NCBI RefSeq assembly: GCF_009914755.1
Contig: NC_060930.1
DNA: 64,000 nt
Origin: the human T2T-CHM13v2.0 reference genome, Homo sapiens
Reading direction: 5' to 3' (one strand)
Part shown: positions 1 through 52,229 of the stretch, piece by piece
How the letters are laid out: each line of letters opens with the position of its first letter
How positions within the stretch are numbered: position 1 is the first letter of the stretch
The notes under the pieces: model-generated
Databases searched by the model: none
The model's input: only the letters and a program-made list of their open reading frames with translations
Told to the model about the DNA's origin: nothing
Translations under genes and position numbers: made by a program

Positions 1-265
1 GTGGCAGCCATTCTGACTATGAAGGGAGCCAGGCTTAAAAGGCAGCTGACACTGAGGATGGAAAGCAGAGATGCAGAAAGAACCTAGGTCCTTGACACCA
101 GGGTTCAATCAGCCTGTCCCATCTGTGAACTTCCAGTTACATGGGCCAATACATTTCCTTTTTGGTTAAACTCATTTGAGTTGGCTTTTCCGTTAGTTGC
201 CGCTGAAAGCACGCTACCAGATACAGTAAGCATTATAATCCCTACTTTTACACAGGAGAGATTAG

Positions 266-708
<443 letters not shown>

Positions 709-1622
709 TAAGACTACAGGCGGGCAGTGGGCATCAGACAAAAGAAGGGATACCATGGAATGAGGAAAAGGTCGGGAGAGAGGAGGGAGGATGCATACAA
801 GACAAATCACTCCTGCTTAAGTCTTTTCTGGGCCGGCCCCAGGCTCTGGTATTTCTTTATGTCCTTAAATCAAATGACGTCCTTTCTCTTCTCCTCTTCC
901 CCAAAATGCAAGACCAACACTGGAAGAGTGGAAAGCCAGTGTTCCTTTGAGGAGGAGGCTGATTGGTCCAAGTAGTTCTATAAACTGCATCCACCCACAT
1001 CACGCTACTCCAAAGACACTTTATAATCACAAAAGAAACAATCCGGAAGATTCCAGTTGTCAATGCAGCTTGAATTGTAGCAGCAGCAGAACTTGCCCAA
1101 AAACATATAACATGGCATAAAGTCAGGATTGTTATAACCTTGGGGATCCCAAGGCTCCGTGCTCCCTCCGTGGATGCCAACGTTTGCGGGGGCTCGTGTC
1201 TCTGTTCCGCTACACCGCTGCCTCCGACACAGGTCTGCTTCATCTCTCCCACCACGTTTCCTGCCTCCTCTGGTGCCCCCCTCTGACAGTCATGTGGCTA
1301 ATTTTAAACCGTAATCTGAAGCCCAGAACCGGGAAAGTCCCATGGTCCGAGGGTGGCCACAGCTAAAGGACACTCGGGAAACATGACAAAAGGCTTTGGA
1401 GAAATGAGGCAAACAGGAAGGGGACAACTTTCTCTCCAGTGAGGATCAAGAGTTTAAAATAAGAGCAGAACATCCTTGTTAAAAAATACTGCAAAGGGCT
1501 TTGTGCTAACTTGAAACTGATTGCTAAGGGAAGCAGATAGTAAGTGGAGCACTATTTTAGTACTAGGAAGGGACACCAGTAAGAGGACAGTCCTTCTGAT
1601 GAGGTTTAATTATATAAACTAA

Positions 1623-1940
<318 letters not shown>

Positions 1941-1959
1941 TATATAAACTAATTTCATC

Positions 1960-2090
1960 CTCCTAAGGACCACATGAGATAGGTATTACTATTACCCCTA
2001 TTTCACTGAGGAGGAGACTGAGGCACTGAGAGGTTAAGTCATCTGCCCACCGTCATACAGGGTTCAAACCAAGGCAGCCTGGCTCTGGAG
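1960..2090 (-). mobile_element. MIR fragment
   Basis: attattacccctatttcactgaggaggagactgaggcactgagaggttaagt is the MIR core. Confidence 0.7.
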
Positions 2091-2248
2091 GGCACACTCC
2101 TTGCCAGGACACAAGGCAAGGAGTCCTGAGGAGGAGGAGTCCATGTTAGCTAACAAGGAGTTCATGTTAGCAGGGGTAAGCACAGAGAAGAATGGATGGG
2201 TCCAGACACCTTCTCAGAGGAAGTCAGTTTTGATAAAAAATGAAGATT

Positions 2249-2558
2249 GGCCGGGCACAGTGGCTCATGCCTGTAATCTCAGCACTTTGGGAGGCCGAGG
2301 CGGGAGGACTGCTTAAGCCCAGGAGTTTGAGACCAGCCTGGTGCAACATAGCAAGACCTTGTTTCTACTAAAAATAATTTTAAAAATTAGCTTAGGTGTG
2401 TTCCTATGATCCCAGCTACTCAGCTGAGAGGCCGAGGCAGGAGGACTGCTTAAGCCCAGGAGGTTGAGGATGCAGTGGGCCTTGATTGCCCCATTGCACT
2501 CCAGCCGGAACTACAGAAGGAGAACTGTCTCAAAAAAGAAAGAAGAAAAAAAAAAAAG
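2249..2558 (+). mobile_element. Alu (AluJ-like)
   Basis: Dimer with gcttaagcccagg and an A tail. Confidence 0.85.
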
Positions 2559-2644
2559 ATGGAGATTCAGGGCAATGTTGAGAGTGAATGAGAATGAGTT
2601 ATATTAAAAAAAAAAAAAAAAAAGGAAAAAGATTGCCCTTTTTG

Positions 2645-2681
2645 GTCTCCCTCCCTCCCTCCCTCCCTCCCTCTCTCTCTC

Positions 2682-2728
<47 letters not shown>

Positions 2729-2736
2729 CTTTCTTT
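2645..2736. repeat. (CCCT)n/(CT)n polypyrimidine microsatellite at an Alu tail
   Basis: About 90 nt of almost pure C/T. Confidence 0.9.
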
Positions 2737-2849
2737 CGACACGGTCTCACTCTGTCGCTGGAGTACAGTGGCGCGATCATGGCTCCGCCTCCTGCGTTCA
2801 AGGGATCCTCTCCCTACTGCCTCAGCCTCCTGAGTAGCTGCAACCACAG

Positions 2850-3620
2850 GCGTGCGCCACCATGGCTCGCAATCGTCCCGCCTTGGCCTCCAGGGTTTGG
2901 GTTACCGGCGCGAGTCCCCGCGCCTGGCCTCGGTGGCTTATGACGGCCGTGGGGCGATGCGAATTTGCTCACGGAGGGCCCCGTCTTTGTGCGCTTCAGT
3001 GTTAGCGCTCCTGGATGCTAGTCCCGGGGCCTGTGTGCCCCGAGCTCCAGGCTGGACGCGCCTTGGGATCAGAGTTGCGGGGCTCAGAGGACGGCGGAAT
3101 CGCTGGGCTCGCCGTCCTTAGTTCACCGATGAGGTACCTGAGCTTCGCGGAGATTTTGTGGGGCCCGGACCAGAACCTCCACGCTCCGGAGTCTCAGCCT
3201 AGGGTCCTGCGGCCACCCCACAACTCCCTGAACGACCTGGCCCAGCGGCCTGAGAGGGCCGGGCCTGCGACAGGAAGCCCGCGGAGAGGCCAGGAGGCCG
3301 CCTCAATCGCGGGGTTCTGAGCACACCCGTCTTGCCTGCCTGGGCCTGGGTCTGTCCGGAGTTTGGGGGAGCAGGGAGGAGGTCGCCAGGGCTCTCCTCT
3401 GGCGCGGGTGTCTTGGGGTCCCCGGGTCCAAGCGCTGAACCTCCCGCCTGGGGCCACGAAGCTGTTGGTGGCGCCCCCTTCTGGCTCCATGCGGACTCGT
3501 TCCCTGGAAGAAGCCTCCCTGTGGACAGGGAGCCCCTGCCCGCCACGCGCGACCGCCAGCCCGCACCCGCTGCAGGGGGCAGTGAGCAGGCCCTGCCCTG
3601 CCTTAGGAACCACAGTGCAG
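2850..3620. promoter_or_regulatory. Orphan CpG island with two CTCF-like motifs
   Basis: CpG-dense, non-repeat sequence. Motifs AGCCAGAAGGGGGCGCCACC (minus, 3467-3486) and GCTGCAGGGGGCAGTG (plus, 3569-3584). Confidence 0.75.
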
Positions 3621-3651
3621 CTGGGCATACGCTCATAAACGGATGATTGCA

Positions 3652-7485
<3,834 letters not shown>

Positions 7486-7926
7486 AAGGGTACTGAATCA
7501 AACAAGTATTTAAGGCCTAAACTCAGGGTGACTCTGAGACCCAAACAGTGGGCTCCATGTCAACATCAACCCCTTTATACGAAGATTCCCCAATAAAAAT
7601 AAAAATATTCACAATCACCCTGGGGTCTGCATGGAAGATTGATGTATAACACTTGAGAGCTTACGGATATGTCCATGGGTTACCTACGTTGTTTTAATAC
7701 CTACTACAGTCTGTACCCTAGATACTCGAAGAAGAATGTTCTTTTACTAGGATACTGCATCTTAGTAAATTCACCTTAGTACCCTGGGGTGGTTGCCAGG
7801 GAGGGTACTAACAGAAGTTTGCTTGTTTGGTGGTTGGGCAAGTAATATTACTAGTAATTACTAGCAAAGGATTCCAGTTATTGCATGCAGACTACACATT
7901 TTATATGTAGGTATGGGGTTTTACTA

Positions 7927-9627
<1,701 letters not shown>

Positions 9628-9715
9628 ACTACAGCTGGAATACAGTAAATAAATGCTCTATAAGCATTCCTATTATAATTATTGTTGTTGTTGTTTTCGA
9701 AACATAAGGACTAAG

Positions 9716-10378
<663 letters not shown>

Positions 10379-10656
10379 TTAGGCTTGGCAAGGTCAAATG
10401 GTTTTCCCAAGAGTGCAACAAGTGGCAAGGTGGGGAGCTACGGCCAGGGCTCCTGACTCATAGTATTCTTACTGGTCAAATATCTGCCTGTAAAAACTGG
10501 TTTTTAGCAACCGTAACAAGATATCGTGCTGCTAAAACGAAATAATCATGGTTTTGTTAAGTCTCAGGAAAAAGGTAATAGGTACGGTTTTCTCCATCTT
10601 AAATGTTTTCCCATGGAGTTCTAAGCTTTGGAGATTTGCTACTGCTTGCCTACTAG

Positions 10657-11422
<766 letters not shown>

Positions 11423-11449
11423 TAAATATTAATAGGGAAAGCTCAAAAA

Positions 11450-11682
11450 ATTAATTCATGACTGCCTATAACCCCTGCCTCCCTGCCTTAAAAACCCTTA
11501 CCTATATGCCTCAGATCTTAAGCATAAGCTGCCTGATTCTCCTTGCTTGGCACCCTACAAATAAACACCCTGCTTTCTACCACTACAAGCCTCGATACAG
11601 ATATTTGACCTTACTACACAGGGCAAGTAGACCCCAGTTCGGCTCGATAACACTCCCTTCCCTTTAAAAGGGGCAGGAGTAG
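11450..11682 (+). repeat. Inverted duplicate of the LTR end plus 30 bp of flank (partner 12132-12618)
   Basis: The reverse complement aligns to 12132-12255 plus 12495-12618. Confidence 0.85.
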
Positions 11683-12097
11683 TTCAACAGCTTTTTTGTT
11701 TTCATAAGTATCCAACCTTGTGGTTAATTGCATACTGGTATCATAGCTGTATTTTCTGTTCCTAGGTTGGATGAAGGAATCGGATACATAAGTAATTTGC
11801 AGCATTCCACAAATTCAGTAGAGGACACAATGACTTCTAGGTTTACCACCCTATGAATAAGGCCGAGGGCCCTTACCAACCACGCATAAGCCACAGTCAT
11901 CCCTTACCAACCACGAATTCTACCAAATATAAATTGATTTTAGTACTCTTTTCCCATAATCATGCAAATTTCAGACCAAGTATATATGATCTGAGTTATT
12001 CTTGTAGGTGATAGTTAGAAAAGATGGAACCAGGAAGCTGGAAAGAGGAGAGGGGTGGTGTACAGGAGTACATACTTTTGCCATGCACCCACCCTAA

Positions 12098-13777
<1,680 letters not shown>

Positions 13778-13841
13778 GGTGTTGTACCTAGGTTATGCTA
13801 CTCTTATTTAATTAAAACAATATGGCAAAGCCAACACTATA

Positions 13842-15196
<1,355 letters not shown>

Positions 15197-15243
15197 TATA
15201 AATCAGTGAGTTTTGAGAAATGCCCAAGTGTGTATGTGGATTC

Positions 15244-20035
<4,792 letters not shown>

Positions 20036-20174
20036 TTGTCTATTTCTAAAAACCTGTATTTAAACCTCATCATTTCCCCTCAAACAAGTAGCTTGTATAA
20101 AATTACTCATAACATGAACATGCTAAAGAAATTCTTTTGAATGATGAAAAGTTACTTTGTACATTATATTAAAA

Positions 20175-20180
20175 TTTATT
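20175..20180 (-). terminator. Candidate distal polyadenylation signal AATAAA of MCUR1
   Basis: tttatt on the plus strand, followed on the minus strand by T-rich sequence. Confidence 0.6.
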
Positions 20181-21438
20181 TTCTATGTATACCCAAATTT
20201 TCAAGTATTAGATTTACTTAGAAATTCACCAGTGTTATCATTATACAATTGGCTGGAATTAACAGTTGCAATACAGTTATTCTAGCTTTTCATATTCAAT
20301 TTGAATGATCAGAAAAGTATATTAGTCACACAGAATTAAATATTTTAGATAGTAAGAATCTTACACTTTATTAGATAATAAAACATAATTGATATTTGCT
20401 TAAGTAACAAAAAAGTTAAGAAATTGGGTTATAAGCAAAGGAACATAAGTGTAAAATGTGTAGAAAGATAAATATTTTCCAAATAAAATTCTAATAAAAG
20501 GCTAAACATTCTCAAATATTTTACATACATGAAGAATAAATTATTTCTGGTTAACATGTTTTTGCCTTAGTGCCAAAAAAGCCAGAACAAATTTGATAAG
20601 CTCACATTAAAATCAAAGTTTTCTAGATATGAATTCTATATACCATCTCTATATTTGTTTAGAATTTTGCAAAACTCTTAGAAGATCGCATGTTAGGGTG
20701 GGGGAAGATAAATGCTTGCCAATACTGACATGGTTAATTAACAGACAGGCTTGAAAGGAGAAGGCTAGAAGAGGGAAGATTATGTCACTAAGCATAGCTA
20801 CAAAAGGAAAAGCCACATGGAAGCAGAGACAAAGGCAATCCCGACACACAGAGGCATGTTTGTTGCGGCTCAGGGTTTCTGTTTTTCAAGTGTTCAGAGA
20901 CGAATTCCAGCAAGACTTCTGGTTTGAGTCAAGCCTTTCAACCGAGGTACTTGGCATACTTAACGGAAAAAGCGAGTACATTCAGATTTAGTTTTGCTAG
21001 ATATTAAACTAGAAAACTGGATGACAGTAAAACCAATACAGAAACAAAAAGTCATGTTTCCAGTAAAGAACCGTACACACAAGCAGGTTTTGCTTATTAA
21101 TGTAGCAGGAGAGCATGGAAATCGGAGTTCAGACTCTTTAGAAAAGACAAAAGGCAGGGGAGGGGAGAGAAGAAAAGGAGGAATGCAGAGAAGCCCTCCA
21201 AGAATGATGAGTGATTCGTGCAGGAGAGGGAAATACAGACGTTCCGTCCATGTGAGATTCTGCTTCAGGTATTGGACATCGTTCCCTCCACCTGCACCTA
21301 GAGGATATGTGTTCAGGATCTCGCTATGGTTAGTTACCCATGTGCTAGACATAGGTTGCTAGCTAGAAGTTTTGCCAGCCATCTTCCCCCCTCCTAGTGC
21401 TAATGCCTAATTTCCTAAAGTAATCTGAATCCTTATAA

Positions 21439-21789
<351 letters not shown>

Positions 21790-22722
21790 TAAGTTTTAAT
21801 ATTACGTCTAGTCGGCTCACGGGTGCTTGAGCCAGAAGTGGGAAGGGTACACTTGTATTTTGGGCTCAAATGGTTTTCAAATAAAATACATCTGACCAAA
21901 TAAAGTGAACACAGTCCTGAGCCCTCCTCTCTCCAGATATGCATGCAATCCACACCATCAAAAGAAGAGTTCACTGTTCCCAAGGCCAAGAAGAGGCTAT
22001 GCTGTACTGCAAAGAACTCTATAGCAAAATCGAACACCCAAATTAAGTGCCAGAATGATGCAGCCCGCTCTCACCAGGAAGAACGACATGTGAGAAAACT
22101 TATAGCAGATGCAAAAATGTCAACCCACCATGTTATTTAAAAAAAAATTTTATCAGGATACAAGGACACTTCACTGTTTTTAACCCACACAAGGTTAGGT
22201 AATGTTTACCTTGAAACATAATCGCATATGGCCCTTTATGCCACTCACCTAGGCCTTTAATAATGAGGGCAATTGCTAAGTGTGCTGTCTCTTCTGGGGA
22301 CTTCTCTCTGAAAGGGGGATGATATATTGATAAAATATTTTATTAATCAGTTAAGAATTTTTGATCTACTTGAAAAAGATTAAATTATAATATTTCACTT
22401 TGAAACTGCTATTGCTCATGCAAAAGTACTTGATTTTCATACTATATGGAGCTCACAATCTTTGGACTACACAAACATTCTCTAAAAGGGCAATGACTTA
22501 TATTTTCCAAAGTTTAGACATGACATCCAAAGGACAAAAGGTAACTATTTTTTTTACCAATGTGGTTGGAACAGTGACAACGAGCAATGTATTCACCAAA
22601 CTGATCAAAAAATCTGCCTGTGGTTCCTTCACTGTATGTGTGTGCAGAGAAAGGCAGAAAAGCTTCTATCCATGTCATTGTCTCTCTTGCCCATGTGCCA
22701 GTAATTTGAATAAGATGAGAAT

Positions 22723-23016
22723 GGGCCAGGCGCAGCGGCTCACGCCTGTAATCCCACTACTTTGGGAGACCAAGGCGGGTGAATCACGAGGTCAGGAGTT
22801 AGAGACCAGCCTGGCCAACATGGTGAAACCTCATCTCTACTAAAAATACAAAAATTAGCTGGGCGTGGTGGTGGGCACCTGTAATCCCAGCTACTCAGGA
22901 GACTGAGGCAGGAGAATCGCTTGAACCCAGGAGGCAGAGGTTGCAGTGAGCAGAGATCACGACAATGCACTCCAGCCCTGCGACAGTGCGAGACTCCGTC
23001 TCAAAAAAAAAAAAAA
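22723..23016 (+). mobile_element. Alu in MCUR1 3' UTR (antisense to mRNA)
   Basis: Full dimer, TSD aag(a/g)tgagaatg. Confidence 0.92.
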
Positions 23017-24067
23017 GGTGAGAATGTGCTTTTCCAGAATAACCCCAGTTGTATCTAGAATTTGTTTTCAATATAAAGGCAGGTATGAGAATGTTTTGAA
23101 CAACAGAATTAATCCATCTAGATTAGAATGCTGTGTGGCATGACCATTCTCGAATTTTGAAAGCCTGAGCTGGTTGTGGGCAAGGGGATATTCATTAATG
23201 ACATAAATTTCATTTATGAAATATGTATCCATCATCTAGGTATCTTATACATGGAGAGCTGACTGCATCCCTTGTATAAAAAGTAAATGAAGACCGGAAG
23301 GAAGCAGACTTTGTCCTGCAAACTGAAGCAAAGTTCCATGCTAAGAATCAGCAGGTTTTCTAGGTAGGTAATGCCACCAGTGGAGGATTATTACAGTTCT
23401 CAAATCATGAGGGAAAGAGATGGAGAAGAGGGAGGGAGGAGGGAAAATCTTGCATTCTAAGAGGTAAGAGTCCCCATTACAATTGCAATGCTTCTTTAGA
23501 CAGCTGATTTTTCTGGCTGGAAGGCACATTAAAAATAACCCTAACAATAACTTACCAAGACAATGGAAATCAAAAGAAAAGAAGGTAGACGTGCAGCTGT
23601 CTTATTAACATGACAACCAACTACAGCTGAAACAATACTATGGTACAGGGACTAGCTCATGTTAAAGACTGGGTATTTAGGTAAAGAGGATCTGGTGCTC
23701 TTGGTTTAGCTTCAGTGATTTTCCAGCACTTATTAAAGCCATTGTGCCCTGAACATGGAGACCCCCAAATCCTCTATGTGCCAAAGATTAAGTTGTAGAG
23801 AATTACATCAATGTTTGCTGTTGGTGTGCACCACAGATGAGACCAAGCTTCCTGGTCCGGCTAAGTGGAATCTTCCATGCACTGTGCACCACTCAGCTAG
23901 AAAGTCAACTAAGCAGAAAGGAGATAAGGAATGGCTATGGAATACCTGACTTCTTTATCTTGGTTATGTGTCCACAATTTTCATAAAAATAAATAATACA
24001 CATTAAGTCAAAATCTGGGCTCAAATGTGTAACAAGAAAACAAAAGGACAACAATCTGGTATTCCGG

Positions 24068-24355
24068 TTTTTTTTTTTTTTTTGAGACGGAGTCTCGCTC
24101 TGTTGCCCAGGCTGGAGTGCAGTGACGTGATCTTGGCTCACTACAAGCTCCGCCTCCCAGGTTCACACCTTAGCCTCCCGAGTAGCTGGGACTACAGGCG
24201 CCCGCCACCACGCCCGCCTAATGTTTTAATTTTTTAGTAGAGACGGGGTTTCACCGTGTTGGCCAGGCTGGTCTCGAACTCCTGACCTCAGGTAATCCAC
24301 CTGCCTCAGCCTCCCAAAGTGCTGGAATTACAGGTGTGAGCCACCGCACCCAGCC
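24068..24355 (-). mobile_element. Alu in MCUR1 3' UTR (sense to mRNA)
   Basis: Dimer, TSD aacaatctggtattc. Confidence 0.92.
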
Positions 24356-24407
24356 AACAATCTGGTATTCTTAAGGCAAAACAGTAGAAATCACTTTAAA
24401 TAGACAC

Positions 24408-24411
24408 TTTA

Positions 24412-24413
<2 letters not shown>
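24408..24413 (-). terminator. AATAAA overlapping the MCUR1 stop codon (candidate proximal poly(A) signal)
   Basis: Minus strand reads ATC TAA TAA AGT G, followed by GT/T-rich sequence. Confidence 0.4.
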
Positions 24414-48030
<23,617 letters not shown>

Positions 48031-48041
48031 CCCCGAGCAGT

Positions 48042-48065
48042 TCACTGGCCCGGGCGCGCGCTCAT
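48042..48065 (-). other. Upstream ORF (MSARPGQ*) in the probable MCUR1 5' leader
   Basis: ATG AGC GCG CGC CCG GGC CAG TGA. Out of frame with the main ATG and ends 11 nt before it. Confidence 0.6.
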
Positions 48066-49003
48066 GCCTCTCGCTTTTGGCGCCGGCCACGCGCGGTCCA
48101 GGCCCAGAGTCCGACAGCGGGAGCGAGCGTGGGCCACAGCGCAGGACCGCCCTTTCCTGCCGGGCGCGCGGGCGGGGCTCGGGACGCGCGCCGGGGGTGG
48201 GGTGGGGCGGGGCGGCAGGAGCCCGCCGTGGCGCTCCGAGATGCGGGGACCGTGCGAGCCCCCACCCCATTCGCTAGGCGACGGCGGCGACCGGGAGGAG
48301 CCTGCGGGCACTCCGGAACTGGAAGGAGCTTGTTGCTGTCACGATTTGCATTTTCACTGCACTGCTGTCCTTAAAAAGGAATTACCCCGGTGCCCTTCAG
48401 AGTCCTGTGAAAAGTCTCAGACCGACAGGCTGCCCTAGATTTCACTGATTATCCTAAGTCCCCAAACATGTGGTTCTGGGGAGCATTTTAAGGAATTATT
48501 AGCAGGGCCCAGGGAAAGGCCCTCACATAATACATTCAAAACTAAATTTTCAGAGTTTTTGTTTCCAGATTAGAGCACCAAAAACATGGGAAGGTAGCAA
48601 TCTGGGAACTTAAAACGTGGGGCATGAATGTTAAAATGAGACCTGTCGGGTATATTTGAAACTGGTAATGTTTAGTTTCGTGGACTTTTTGAAGGCCTGT
48701 TACACCATTCACAGATAACTGGTCCCTTATGTGAATTTGGAAGATGTTAGTTGAATAAATAAATGAAATGCATAAGGCACCAAGCTAGGAGATTTTATTA
48801 AAAATAAAAAACCGCAAAACAAATTGTTCTTATCCTCCAGAAGCTGTTTTCCTATACAGCCATATGTGTACACATACGTGATGGAAGAATGTGTTATGAG
48901 CCATGAGAGATGTACAAAGTGCTGGGAAGAGAGGAGCGTGCATATGGATGTGCAAGATAAGTGTCTATCAAAATTTGAAGAACTGAAAAACAGGATTCAA
49001 GTC

Positions 49004-49083
49004 ATAGGTTGGTGCAAAAGTAGTTGCGGCTTTTGCCATTGCAAGTAATGGCAAAAACCGCAATTACTTTTGCACCAACCTAA
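49004..49083. mobile_element. MADE1 MITE (Hsmar1-derived 80-bp palindrome)
   Basis: taggttggtgcaaaagtagttgcgg...ccgcaattacttttgcaccaacctaa, a near-perfect inverted repeat. Confidence 0.93.
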
Positions 49084-49414
49084 GACACTTTTGTAAAAGG
49101 AGTATACATTTATAAAATTGGTAGAAAAAGCAGTTTAGCAATGAGTATCAACAAAAATTTGTAAACTTTTCTCAAGTCACCTAACTAAAAATGGGGATAA
49201 TGGGAATAATCCAAAATATTAAATATCTACTAGGTTTGACTATACAAACTTGTCATTTTTATGGGTCAAAATGCTTAATATTGGTAATTTCACATATGCA
49301 CAAAAGATAGTCATTGTATCATAATTTGTGATTGTGAAAAAATGGGAAAATAGTGCACAACATTAGAGGAACGATTAAACTGTGGCACAAACTTTAATGT
49401 TAGTCCTTTGTAAT

Positions 49415-50480
<1,066 letters not shown>

Positions 50481-50721
50481 TATTACCAGCCATATTGAAT
50501 ACAATAACATATGTAAAGCACTTAGCACAGTGCCTGGCCTATGATAGGAGTATAATGAATGTCAGTTCTAACTACAGGTTGGATAGCATCCACTTTTCCT
50601 TGGATGTGACACCTGTTGTTTTATTTTCCAAAGCATTCCCTTTCTTTTGGTCTCAGCACCCTAGTTTTCCATGGGCAGTGGCTCTTCTCTGCTCTCAGTC
50701 CATGCGGTTTGGAGAGACTGA

Positions 50722-51376
<655 letters not shown>

Positions 51377-52229
51377 CAATTCTAGGGTTCTTAATAGGAA
51401 CTATTGGGAAGAGGTCGTCTTATTTTATTGTGATGTCTAGGTATAGGATGATTTGAACCATGAGCTCCTGGGGCTACCATGTGGCCTAAGACTAAAGCCC
51501 TTATGAAGAAAAGAAGACTGAGAAATGAAGAGACGGGTCCTTTTGAGCGTCTGATTCTAGCTTAGGCTGAAATTGGCATTTTATTTATGTAATCCAATAA
51601 GTTGCTTTTACTTAAACCAGCTGGGATAGGGCTTCTGATTCCTATCCCGGATACATTAGTGTACATTAGGATAATCTAGACATGTTAGACTTCTGTCTAT
51701 GTATAGAGAGACTAGATACAGGAATCTAATGGCCAATGAAGAAGAAGAAGTATCAACTAATTAATGGATCAGGCAGGAGCCAGACAACCCCCATGTGAAC
51801 CATGACAAAGTTGGACTTTATGACAAAGTTGGATTGGTGAATATACTTGGATCTGGGGCCAAAGTGGGGCCATCTTACTCTCTCTCTGTATCTAGACTTA
51901 GGGACCTCCCATGAGTAAAGCTGGATTCACAGAGCAGACTCTGACTTAGCCACCATCTGTGAGAAGTTTAGGTGGCCTTATATATTCTAGGTGTCATCAG
52001 GAGAAAAGAGATGGAAGATGGCCAGAGCTATCCCTGAAAGATCTACTGGGTCTGTTTTAGCAGGTAGTAACAGAAAGGTCAAGGGCTCATTGTCCCCGGC
52101 GCAAGCAGGTCAAAGAGAGAACAAAGGAGTTGGAACATTCCTGGATGTGACCTTTAGCATACTGATACTCTTACTAGTAAACACTGATGGGGGAATGTCA
52201 ACTTCCACTAATCAAACTACTATTCTCCG

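Noticed and set aside
857-1255. 132-aa minus-strand ORF with hydrophobic stretches
   Set aside because: Non-ATG start, no recognisable family and no splice or promoter support.
3088-3118. 9-bp perfect stem aggacggcg/cgccgtcct
   Set aside because: Too short to be distinguished from chance in GC-rich DNA, with no ncRNA signature.
21790-22320. Possible processed-pseudogene or ncRNA remnant in the 3' UTR
   Set aside because: No identifiable parent, poly(A)/TSD pair or ORF homology.
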